The notes under the pieces were generated by a model, which was given only the letters and a program-made list of their open reading frames with translations, made no database searches and had not been told where the DNA came from. Positions 1 to 11,614 of a stretch of DNA of 64,000 nucleotides are shown here, piece by piece. A program made the translations under genes and the position numbers. The DNA comes from Podarcis liolepis (Eukaryota). The stretch lies in the NCBI GenBank assembly GCA_965112155.1, contig OZ218103.1; one strand, 5' to 3'. Positions within the stretch are counted from its first letter, which is position 1. Every line of letters begins with the position of its first letter.

Positions 1-785
1 GCTGACTATATGGATGGACTATGAGCTGCATGTAATACAAACACATCAGAGATTGTGTAGCTGAGAGAAGTGTGTTTTGTTTTGTCAAATTCTGCTGCTT
101 CACAATGCATCTGTGATCACTCTTGGCTGCGAGGTGGGGCAAAGTAAAAGGTGCAGAGGTGTCGCAGCCCGAGTGCAGGTTCAGTGAAAGAAACGATAGC
201 AGCATTGTGAAAATGCACAAAAGCTGGAGATTCAGTAATCCACCCCACATTCTCACACTCTGGTGGTTTTGTTTCATCAGTCTCAATAATCACCTCATTC
301 CATTCCATATGAGTTTGTCTGTGAATCCCTCTCAATGGTGGAGCCCCTTCTGTCTTCAGAGTTGTGGTGAGGGTACACAAGAGACAAGATCTTTTTATAT
401 GGTGCCTAGACTGTGGAACAGTGCCCCAAGAGTGGTATTCCTGCCCCATCACAGCCCTCTTTTAGGTAGGCAGTCAAGCTTACATCATTCCAGAAAATTT
501 GTAAGGAATTGTGACCTTATGTCACTGTTTCTGTCTGTTGCAGTTTTTTCTTGGAAGATATGTTTTTGTACTGTTTTATAGTTTTATGGCAAGCTTCCTC
601 GGATATCAGCTTACAGAAAAGAAGGGCATAAATTGTAGCAGCAAAGAAACACTTATTATTTATTTGTATGTTTATATTTTGCATTTCTTCCGTCATTGAG
701 CTCATGGTGGTATAGGTGGGGTTTCCAGATCCAGATCTACTTATTTCAAGTGAGATACCTTCATTATTATTTGTCTACATGCCTT

Positions 786-910
786 CAGGGGTGGAGAACT
801 TGTGGCACTCCATATGTTGCTAGAGAACATCATCCCTGACCATGCATGAAAAAGGACCAAGCTGGCTGAGTTCCAATTGCAGCTCTTGGGCTACAGGTTG
901 CCCACCCCTG
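786..910. mobile_element. ~130-bp hAT-like MITE
   Basis: Termini caggggtgg...cccacccctg; same family as several other copies in the window. Confidence 0.6.
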
Positions 911-989
911 GCCTACCACTTCCCAATCATTAGTACTTGTGTGAGAGCATAGCCTTCACCCTCTCAGTTATGTCATTTAAATACACATA

Positions 990-1306
990 CTAGGCTTGCC
1001 GATCAGAAGGTCGGCGATTTGAATCCCCGCGATGGGGTGAGCTCCCATTGCTCGGTCCCTGCTCCTGCCAACCTAGCAGTTTGAAAGCACGTCAAAGTGC
1101 AAGTAGATAAATAGGTACCGCTTCGGCGGGAAGGTAAAAGGTGTTTCCGTGCGCTGCTCTGGTTTGCCAGAAGCAGCTTAGTCATGCTGGCCACATGACC
1201 CAGAAGCTGTACGCCGGCTCCCTCAGCCAATAAAGTGAGATGAGTGCCAGAACTCCAGAGTCATCCGTGACTGGACCTAATGGTCAGGGGTCCCTTTACC
1301 TTTTAC
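990..1306 (+). mobile_element. Sauria SINE (POM/Squam1-type), 5'-truncated
   Basis: Recognisable body (ctgccaacctagcagtttgaaagcac...aagtagataaataggtaccg...gtcatgctggccacatgac) and tttacc-type tail. Confidence 0.88.
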
Positions 1307-1590
1307 TGAACTCAGAAAGCTTGGGAAAGTAATTTTTAATTAGTTTTGAGTTTTTAATAATACTAGCAACATTTTTAAAAAAAAATTGTGGAAAGCAAGC
1401 TCATCAACGATTCCATCACACACACACCACTGTATCACTGCCATTCAGGAACATAGATACCACATTCTGGAGATTTCATGCTAAATCAGGATGGCTTTGC
1501 TAGGTACACAACTGACCACGTTTACCGTAATTACATTAAAAAAGGTAAAGAATTCTTTTTCAAAAAAGCCAGATGCATTTTGAAGCCTAC

Positions 1591-1687
1591 CATGTACTTG
1601 AGATTGGTGCCAGTGGCCTCTCTGTGATGCTGTTTAGCCTGTAGTAATCCAAAAAGGTTCTGGCCACATTCCTTCCTAGTTTCATAT
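1591..1687 (-). CDS. AGBL4: AGBL4/CCP6 next coding exon (97 nt)
   Basis: T from the upstream exon + AT completes Tyr, giving YMKLGRNVARTFLDYYRLNSITERPLAPISST. This is the AGBL4 sequence that directly follows VPYTEE. Ends in phase 2 at donor ATG|gtaggc. Confidence 0.96.
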
Positions 1688-1709
1688 CTGAGTGTCTAAT
1701 TAAGGAGAA
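1688..1709 (-). promoter_or_regulatory. U12-type branch point and 3' splice site
   Basis: TTCTCCTTAAT (consensus TTCCTTRAY), branch A at about -13, then CAG. Confidence 0.9.
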
Positions 1710-2860
1710 TTGCTTAAAAGAGTTTTTTAAAATCCAAACCAGCTGCAAAGGTAAATTACAGTGATATGATGCATAAGTAAATTTGAGATTAATACTCCAA
1801 TAGATCTGACCTTAATATTTATTAACAGGTTTACAAGTGTCATAATTGGGTATCACTTTTGTTCAAACCAAGTAATATGTTGCTAAAATTGTAACGTATG
1901 CTCCCATTTAGATTACCTCATGCACACTCATGTGACTTGGCTACTCTGAAGCAGATGCTCAACTCCTGAAAGGGAATGTTACGTACAGCTTGATTATGTA
2001 TCACCTTTACATAACCTACTGAACCAAACACCCTGTCCCTCCAGCAAACACCAATGATTGTCCATGATTTTGTATGCACTTCCATTTTGTGCACACATAC
2101 ATTATATTATTAGCTTTTTGTCCATTCTGAAACTTAAATCTATTTGTGTCTTGTACAAATGCAGTTATCAGTAATTACCTGATGCAATTTCCAGTAGTGG
2201 GAAATTCCAGAAGTATAACATTTCAGGGTTTCCAGGCATCTTATGTAAAGATGCCAACTTCTAAATGAAGCATTTGTTATTACCCGCCTACTCACATTAG
2301 GGATATCAAAACAAATGAATTTAAGATGCAGAGTTCACACTCTGTGGGGGGAAATATCTCTGCTCATTATTTTTTCTTCAAATGGAGAAGATGACTAATG
2401 TGAAATCATGTAAAGTCTTAGCTCTGTGGCTGAAAGCTGGAAGTATTATACAGAGAAACTAATCCAAGAGGTTTGTAAATGAGCTACAGTCTAATTGTAG
2501 AAATGACCCTGAAGCCTATGCAGGATTATTATTCAACTGGGGCAAAGGGAGACAAAGTAGTAGAAATACCTTTATATATATATATATATTCAGAATCAAC
2601 TTTTATTAGCAAGAATGTGCCAGGTTTCACCTTGAATCAAGCTATTTCTCATAAGGAGGATAAACCCGAGTCTGGATTGTACCACTTCTGACTGTAGGTG
2701 GGGGAATCACATCATGGAAATCTGTAAGAACAAGACTTCACACTCTTGGAAATAACTGAGCTTTCATTTAAAACAAGGACACTAGTCACTTCAAGTAATG
2801 TTTGATGTCAGCTCAGAACCAACCACTGTTTGTCATGAGGGACCTAACCCAAGATCTAGG

Positions 2861-2944
2861 CAGGAGTAGAGAACCTGTGGCCCTCCAGATGTTGCAAGGC
2901 TATAGTTCCATCATCCTTGAACATGCTTGCTGGGGCTGATGGGA
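2861..2944. mobile_element. hAT-like MITE fragment
   Basis: aacctgtggccctccagatgttg...catcatcc...gctggggctgatggga, shared with the other copies. Confidence 0.55.
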
Positions 2945-5565
2945 AAGTTTTTTAAAAAGAAAGAAAACATTCATGATATCATTCAGAAGGTATTACTATT
3001 ATTATTACTCTGCTTCTTAATGTAGCACAAGTCTCAGTGACCAAAACCTTTTCTAAAGTCCTGCAGATACACTGTGCAGCACCTGTTTCATTTATTCTTT
3101 CTCCGGATTTCAGCTTAACTACATTTGATGTAGGTGCATATGAGAGGTCAATTGTTTCATCTATCATTGGCTCCAGGTGTTTAGTACTTCATAGATCTCC
3201 TGCAGAAAGCTGCATTGGTAGTCTGAAAAAGCTTGATCTTGGGATGTTTCTCAGTCACTCTTTGCAGACAATTGCATCTCTCACATGCAAAGGAGATAAA
3301 GGCTTTGCACCTTTACTATTGTAATGATTCTCTTATCTCAACTTCAGATGCGCCCCAGTGTCTCTGTCCTCTAATCAGTTGAGCTGGTAACAAATGAAAT
3401 AAGGGTGCTGAAAAAGGGCTGGTTCTTAAAATCCACTGTACAGGGACTCTTTGTCCACTATAATTGCAGCAATGTCTTCAACTGGTTCCTTTTTCTTTCT
3501 TTTGCTTGACTTTTATTTTTAGTTTTTCCTCTTACGCTATCCTGCATTTGCAATCTATAAAATTATGCCACAGGAGAGAGAGATAGAAAAAAAACCTTAC
3601 TTGACCCAATGCAGTGCTTACTTCAATGGAATTAACAATGGCTGCTTCCCTGGATTTCAATTTTCCAAATGTGTTCCCCAGAACATTGGTTCCTGCTGTC
3701 ATTACCATCCTCGTGATGGCTATTGGATTAGTATTCCTTCCTCTTTTCTGGCCCAAATGACATGGTGAAAGACCTGCTCTTGGAAAAACAAAAGTGGCAG
3801 CAGTTTCTCCTCTGCTAGTGGCTACATTTCAATACTTTTGGAAGGAATATAAGAAACCTTAGCCCCCTAGGAAAGGATATCATTTGAAGTTAATGGTGGG
3901 TGAAATTTCCTGTAACGCTATCAATTACCCATTTTTACCCATCCCAACTGGTCAGATAAAGGCACGTAAAACCTTGCTCTTTATTTAAATCCAAGTAAAA
4001 CACCATATTTCTGATTAGTTTCAGTTTCTTATTATGCAGTATCCTTTCCACTTCTATAGTCCTCTTTGCTGTCATATTGAAACACTTTGGGGAGTCATCC
4101 ATTGCCAGTTTTCACTCAAGAAGATTTGTTGCTCCTGTTTAGTGTCAGTCTGCTCACAACCATTCCCTGTAATCGCAGCTTCAAGAACTGCACACAGAGC
4201 CTTCTTCCAGCAATAAAAACCTCAATTTGGAAACCTGTTAGCGCTATGAGTCTTTAGGGGAGGTACTAAGCACTGTAGCTTTAATAGCTCACTGATCATT
4301 TAATAATGTTGCCACTGCAGAGACCAGTCGCACTATGATCCATCCTTGCGCTTGTTTTACTTCTTAAAATGTGGGGTCATTTTGCTTTCAAGAGTGTGGG
4401 TTGACTTCCCACCCCCACCCCCCGTTTTGCAAAGCAGTGGCAATTATTGGAATTAATAAGACTCCTTTCAAAGCCACAATCTCATTTTAATAAGATCTGT
4501 TGTGTCATTTCTATGCCACAGTGAGTGAGGCTTCTGCCGCGATAAGGATTTGACAAGGGCAAAGCCAGTTAGCAGCGCCGTTCAATATTTGATAAGTCCT
4601 TTGGGGGTCTCCATCAAACGGATTGGATCTTAACTTTTATGTCTCTTCTAGAGGACAGCACCTCCATCAGCCTGAAATGCTATTGGCTGGGTTATTAGTT
4701 ATGGAACTCATCCAAGTCTATCCCCCTAAGAGGATTAAGAACTATGACCTTCTAGACTGGAGGTATCATTTGACAGACCTGTGTGCTTCTTTGTTTTATG
4801 CAAGCAGTTAAATTATGAAAAAAGAGGAGGAAGAGGGAGGGAGATGCACACAGAGGAAAAAGCCAACAACAAGATACAGCTCTGCTGAGTATGCCAACTT
4901 TGCTAGAAAGTCAGTTTTCCATTACAGAAATTGCGGCATTTATCAAGCAGAGAATTTCCTCTCTTTCATGTAACTATGGCCTAGGAATATATTTTTGTCG
5001 GTTTCATTAAGAAATAGGTCCTTAGGTGTGTGGGTACTGATGTTCAAGACTATGGAAGCTTTTCCTGAGTTGAAACTCTGTCTTGTACATCTCTTTCATC
5101 ACAGTTACACTAAATGAGCATTATAAATCATCCTCTCCTCTCACACACCCCATCTAGCAAACCAAACAATTCTCCCCACTATCTGGCTGAATATTTTTTC
5201 AGCTTCAAAATGCAATCCCCCCCCCTTTAATGGTCACCTACACTTGGGAATGCATGTAGAAAATCAGAATATCAAAGAGAATGGTCCAAGCTAGTCAACT
5301 TCCTAATGTGCTAGTTTTCTATGTACATGGATTTTAAAAAACAGGATAATAGAAAGACCAGCATTCAGTTACCATAAGTCTGTTGTAGAGGGTTGCAGGT
5401 TGGACACTCCATATGAGATTTTGAGCTGAGTTGCATGCTTAAAAGAATCATGAGAATGTATATATAAATACCTCCCAACATACTTGCATGTAGAAAAGCT
5501 GCATGTTGTGAATGAGCTTAGCCTTCTCTCTGTAGTGCTAATTTTCTCTTTGCAAATAGTTGTTT

Positions 5566-5900
5566 TTAGGGATGGGGGACAAAATTGGTTGAGTTCACAT
5601 TTGAAGGTGGACCTGCCTACCGTAATTTGCTCTGCCTGAAGCAAAAAGTGAACCGGAGGACAGCTATCCTTTGAAATTTGCACTTCTCTGAATTTTGCAA
5701 TGCAGCTCTCCAGACAATGTGTACAAAAAATGCATCTATTTGAGTAAAGTGTGCATCAAAATGCATAGATTTGTGAAAACAACATCAATGCATTACATAA
5801 ATGCTACTGAATTTTCACAATGACCCTTTAAAGAAAGGAAATTTGCAACTGATACGGACAATGACAGAAGCGTCCGGATATAGCTTGTTTATTTTCAATA
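5566..5900. mobile_element. Probable non-autonomous hAT-like DNA element remnant
   Basis: tagggatggggg terminus and an internal gaaatttgcacttctctgaattttgcaatgc segment resembling squamate repeats as recalled; boundaries approximate. Confidence 0.35.
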
Positions 5901-6023
5901 GTGGACTGTGTTCAAACATGTGGTCCTGCACCTGTAGTCTGCAGTGGTGCAATCCAAGAAAGACTGTACTTTATTCTTCTTCTCAGCATATACATTAGCA
6001 AGCAGAGAAACTCAGCGACATCA

Positions 6024-6168
6024 AGTGCTTTCTCTCTTTTTTAGAAAAAAGGTGCCAGTATGCACCATGAAGTTGTTATAGGAAGAGACACACTTTTAAC
6101 ATGGGTGGGGGGGGGGTATGAAGGTGCCAGTACTGTGTACCTTTGAGGACCCCCCAGAAAAAGCACTG
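6024..6168. mobile_element. MITE (hAT/Tip100-like)
   Basis: TIR-like agtgcttt...aaaagcactg; related to 45246-45380 in the opposite orientation (tagaaaaa-aggtgccag). Confidence 0.5.
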
Positions 6169-6531
6169 CCAGCATCAATAGCTCTATATCTATGTGAAAG
6201 GAGATACAATTCACTGCCCAGTGATTTAATACAGATTCTTTCTAAAAGAATATAAGCTGTTCCCACAACGTATTTTAAAGCGTTATAAATTGTACTTCAA
6301 AAATTATGTTCTTTCAAGATGATGGCACAGACTGCTTTCCAATCAGAAATGAATCCCTTTAAAGCACATTCCTATACATACTGTACCTGTTTAGAAGACC
6401 GTCTCATTGAATTTAATAGGATTTACTCTCAGATGAGTGTGTCCACTAAGCGACTAAAATTAGCTACCACGGCCTGGTCAATGGTAATCTGGTCCAACAT
6501 GTGCAGTGGAAATCATGGAAATGGCACACTT

Positions 6532-6766
6532 AGGCTTGTATCCAGTGAGGCGTTAAGTAAGCCTCCTGTCAGCGCAAGGATTTCCACTTGCACCATGGGA
6601 CCCCCCCCATTCTGTCTCCTCTCCCCTTCCATCCCCTAAATCTGTTATGGGGTTTTCTCCAATGCTCCAGAACAGATATAGAGAGAATGCAGGTCACATG
6701 CGCATTAGGAGCCCTAATGCGCATGTGGAAATCCTTGCACTGACAGGATGAGGGACTTGGATATTG
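6532..6766. mobile_element. Palindromic MITE remnant
   Basis: Inverted arms cctgtcagcgcaaggatttccac (~6565) and gtggaaatccttgcactgacagg (~6725). Confidence 0.55.
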
Positions 6767-9319
6767 AACTCATATTGCACATGCCAGTTTGGGTGTGGCC
6801 TCATGCAACCAGACTCTGAACAGAGAAGAAACAAATACCAACAATCCATGCAAACCAAGGGAAATGTTCAAATGTCTTGCCTGGTACAATGCATCACAAA
6901 GAAACGAGAGGAATTACCTTAGTAAATGCTACTTGGCACACCAAATTGAAATGGATCAGATTTACTGGAAAAGAATAAGGAAATCTGATGTCCAAGGACC
7001 TGGGCTGAATTAAGTAGAAAGGTTTTTAGTCTTCTCGTTGGATGTTGCATATTGCTGTCATGCAATCAGAACAAGGGAAGGGCTCCCATAACTTATCCCG
7101 TTTGACCCCCTGCCAAATCAGGATTCCCAGCCTTATACTGTACAATACCTGATTAACAGCCATCCATTCTCTTCTTAGAGACCTTTTGGGAAGGCTGTTC
7201 TGCAACTTCCCTGAGGTATTTGCTCTACAGCCCACCTGTTCTTATGTCTAAAGCATTTTCTTCACCCCTAATGTTAAGAGCAGATGAAGTGGCATGGAAG
7301 CCAATTTGCTTGCACAGAACCAGCAGGCTCCATCATGATAGAGCTCCCCTGGGGGAAAGGTTGACAGCCTCTGATGCTGTACCTTTAAAAAAAGACTTGC
7401 AGTCCCTAAGTAATAGTCATGCTCCAGTGTGTTTAGTATTTTGGCTGAGCTCAGTGCAAACCACAGTGATTTAAAGCTTGGAGATCAAGTAGGATACAGC
7501 AGATTCAGAATTATTTATTTCTTTACTGCAGAAAGCCTCGCTACGGATTATTTACTGCATGTGGGGCTATTTAGGATGGGGGGTGTTGTAGATTGATTGA
7601 AATTTTTCAATTAAAACAAGCAGTCTTTTAAAAAGATTTAAGGTTTTATCAGTGAGAAGAAAATAACTCAAAGAGGCAGAAGCTCTGGTAATTCTCTGGC
7701 TGCAAATAGGGGCCAAAGGGAAGGGGGACTAAGGAAACTTTATTTTTCAAGGGAAGGTCAAAATTAAAATGGGGGAGAACCTACCAGCATTACTGTTCTC
7801 TCCTTCACAACATTCATGTTATCTCTCCTCCTTGGTTATCTATGATGTCTGCTAATATTTAATGGGAGCAAGGAATTGTTCTGGGGATTAATTACAATCA
7901 GAGAGCTGTTTCAGTCCACAGCACCATACATTGCATCTGAATGAGATCTAGTGATATTATTCATATAGCATCAATGTATGTGAGGAGGGGGATGAAAACA
8001 AGGTTTGCAGAGGTCAGGATTTTTCAGCCTAATTTAAGGTGCTGCATCTTTTATCTGAGGGAGTTCAGCGTTTTTTAGGAACATTAGTTGCATTCAGGCA
8101 TCTCAGTAATAGTGCCAGTTTAGATTTTTTAAAAACAACAACAACTGATATTGCATCTTAATCACTTACATAAATGTAGTGCTTCTGTATGCAATGGATA
8201 GCTGGAATTCAGCTGAAAGTTCTACTCAACACAGTTCCAGTGAATTAGGAAGCAAATGGGAATTTGGCAAAACCTATTTTATAGCCCCGAACAAATTTTT
8301 TAGGTGCTTATCAGGACTGCAGTAGGTTAAAACATTACTCTAGACACCTTTAAAGGTGAAGAGGGGACTAGACAGCAGTATTCATGAGATTCAAACTAGA
8401 ACGGGCAAAGGGCAAATGGAGAAATTACACGGGGTGATCTGCAAGGTTAGTCAGAGTAGAGTTATTGGGGAAAGAGGAGACGAGCAAAATGAGGAAGAGG
8501 CAATAATGGAAAAGTCAGAGGATTAAACCAAGGGGGTTTAGTCCTCTGAGGGTCTGAAGGCCACATTTTCTTGTGGGCAAGTTTATGGGACCTGAATGCC
8601 AATGGTGGGTGTAGCCAAAAGCAAAAGTAGGGGCCTGAAGGGGCACATTTGGCCTCTGGGACTGAAGCTTCCTGGCCATGAAAACTACCCTGCGCATCCC
8701 TGGGAAATTCGCCCCCCCCCCAGGTTTTTACTTTGCCCACCCCTGGAAAAATTCCTGAAGATACCCATGCACCTCATAGATCATACAGGTATTGGTATAT
8801 AAGTCTGCAGCATGATTTAGTTTTGATTAAGATCCATCTGCAAATGTTAAAGCACTGTAACCATCCCTACCAGTGGGTTCTGTGGGTTTTTGTCCTCAGG
8901 TGTGTTAGTCCCCCCCCCTTAAATGCACTGCGTTGCTAAGAAGAGAGAAAGAACCTGCTGAGGGATGCTTGCCTCATGAGTTATCGTAGATTAGAATTTC
9001 ATAGGATAAAATCCTGGTACAACAGCCCTGTTTTTTCTAAAAAGCTTTTATGTACGTAATCCATAATTTATTATAAAAATGGGGTATTAGAAGGGGCTGT
9101 AGGAAAATAATTGACTGGAGGAGGAGAAGTAACACTGTCAGCTCCAATCCCTCAAGGCCCATAGATTTCCCCAGCCTCAGCTTCCATTCCCTGCTTAGAT
9201 CCTGGGCACCTGCCAAGTAAGCAATCTGAAGAGCTACATATTGACCAAGCATAATTGCAGTTCTGATTGTGCCCAATAACAAGGAAAGATGGAGCATGGG
9301 GTTGAGAGGCAGACTATAA

Positions 9320-9323
<4 letters not shown>

Positions 9324-9360
<37 letters not shown>
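9324..9360. repeat. (GA)n microsatellite
   Basis: Directly visible. Confidence 0.98.
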
Positions 9361-9364
<4 letters not shown>

Positions 9365-9525
9365 ATACCCCCACACCACTTTTCATTTGTAGGAAAATAC
9401 CGAAATGGTTTCCAGTGTATTAAAACTATACAAAATCCTATTAAAATAAACGAGTTAAATAAAACAGTATCGAACAAAAACAAAAAAATAATCAGCACAG
9501 TAATCCGGTGTGAGGTATCAGTACT

Positions 9526-10042
9526 TGTTGTTGTAGTCGTTTAGTCGTGTCCGACTCTTTGTGACCCCATGGACCAGAGCACGCCAGGCACTCCTGTCTT
9601 CTACTGCCTCCCGCAGTTTGGTCAAATTCATGCTGGTAGCTTCAAGAACACTGTCCAACCATCTCGTCCTCTGTCGTCCCCTTCTCCTTGTGCCCTCCAT
9701 CTTTCCCAACATCAGGGTCTTTTCCAGGGAGTCTTCTCTTCTCATGAGGTGGCCAAAGTATTGGAGCCTCAGCTTCAGGATCTGTCCTTCCAGTGAGCAC
9801 TCCCGGCTGATTTCCTTAAGAATGGAGAGGTTTGATCTTCTTGCAGTCCATGGGACTCTCCGGAGTCTCCTCCAGCACCATAATTCAAAAGCATCAATTC
9901 TTCAGCGATCAGCCTTCTTTATGGTCCAGCTCACACTTCCATACATCACCACTGGGAAAACCATAGCTTTTACTATACGCACCTTTGTTGGCAAGGTGAT
10001 GTCTCTACTTTTTCAGTACTAACTGAAAACTGATGTCTCTAC
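9526..10042 (-). mobile_element. BovB (RTE clade) LINE 3' fragment
   Basis: C-terminal peptide MRREDSLEKTLMLGKMEGTRRRGRQRTRWLD...VHGVTKSRTRLND, (CAA)n tail, TSD tatcagtact at 9516-9525 and 10043-10052. Confidence 0.95.
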
Positions 10043-11479
10043 TATCAGTACTGTCAGCAAATGCAGGCTAAAGTACATTGCAGATCAGCTGCGTTCAGTT
10101 TGGTAGATCACAAGTTGTGCAAGTTGTCATGCCCTCACTCAGAATAAGCTAAACAAACCAATGCTCTGATTCAGACCCGCCCCTTATATTCCCACACCTG
10201 TCGTAACCTAAGCAGTTGTTAAATCCTCTCTCCCCCACCCCAAGTAGTTATAATTTCCTGGCCAGTAATATTTTTATAGTTCATTCTCTCCAGGAATCCT
10301 CTTGCTCCTCTCAAATTGTGTCAAGTCTCCCGAAGAACTCCTGGGCCACCATCAGCCTTAAGGAAGATGTGACTATGGACAGAGTTCAGATACAGTCAAG
10401 AGCAAATGATCAAAACAGTGTTGTCATATCCACCGGCAAGGATATTTTGAGGTCTAGGCCTAGACTGAATGAGTGAAGAAGGAAAGGAGTGCTGGAGCAA
10501 ATACATGGGCCAGAAAACATTGCCAAAATAGTGTGTTTCCTAGACCCTACTACTGGAAATCATGTCTGGACAAAAACAATTCTGAAGATGCATGGCAGGA
10601 AAGTGATTTTATGCATAATTTGCAATGGTAGATGGAAAAAACAAAACAAAACACCAGCACCACTTGCTCTGTTTTGGGGGGTAAGCTTACATTCCCAGCC
10701 CAAGATGTATAAACAAGATAGCCACTGAATCCCACTGATGAGAATTTAGTGCAAGTCCTTAATTAAAGAAGAACTAGAAGAAGAGTGCATGTCAGTTGAA
10801 CACACTCAGGAGAATGCAGGAGCTTGGTGAAATTGAACAGGGGGGAAGCAAAAAATAGAAAGTAAATGGAAATTGTTCAAAGGTAATTGAATGTATGTCT
10901 GAGCATTTATGTGTGCTAGCTAGCAATAAATACACTTTGCGGCAAAGCAAGCCAGTATGGGCAAATAAAGAAAGTGCAGAAAGCAATCAAGGGGAAGGAA
11001 GAAGCATAAGCAAGCTGAACTAAAGTACTGCTTTGAGCTGGAATGGGAGAGGAATAAAAGCCAGAGTGAGAGAGTCAGTTTGCACTCCTGCAGCTGATGC
11101 AGAATTATAGACATGGCAAGTAGGACAAAACCCACACAATTGTCTTAAAAATATAAATATACTGCCCACCACCTGTACAGATACCAGAGTGAGGTGCAGT
11201 GCATAAAATAAATAAACCATATGATATGATAGATGCGGTAGAAAGTCTAGCAAGATATCAGGCAGACGTTCCAGGTCACTAAGTTGCTCAGTGTCAGGAA
11301 ACGGAGCTTTTGCTGGGCCACGACTATAGGGAGATTTAATGGGAATTCTGGGTTGACTTTTCTAAGGTGTGTGTGTGTATGGGGTGTGCTGCTGACAGGT
11401 GAGCATCTTTCATTGCTCTATGTACAAGGAGTTAATACAGAGAGTATAATCCCTGCAGGACAAACAGCACCATTTAGAA

Positions 11480-11614
11480 CAGCCTTTTTCAACCATGGGT
11501 CCCCAGCTATTGTTGGAATACAACTCCCATCATCCTTAGCTAGTAGGACCAGTGTTCCAGGGTGATGGGAGTTGCAGTCCAACAACATATAGGGAACCAA
11601 GGTTGAAAGAGGCT
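11480..11614. mobile_element. ~130-bp hAT-like MITE
   Basis: Foldback structure: agcctttttcaacc...ggttgaaagaggct, with internal caactcccatca/tgatgggagttg arms. Confidence 0.7.

Noticed and set aside
117-581. Overlapping 111-152 aa ORFs and the many other short ORFs in the track
   Set aside because: No recognisable homology or splice-consistent structure; lengths are as expected by chance in intronic DNA.
1-1590. Search for the following AGBL4 exon
   Set aside because: No convincing acceptor/exon found; it probably lies beyond the window start, though a short divergent exon could be missed by eye.
9561-10022. 153-aa plus-strand ORF (and 59425-59616 on minus)
   Set aside because: Antisense reading frame of BovB, not a gene.
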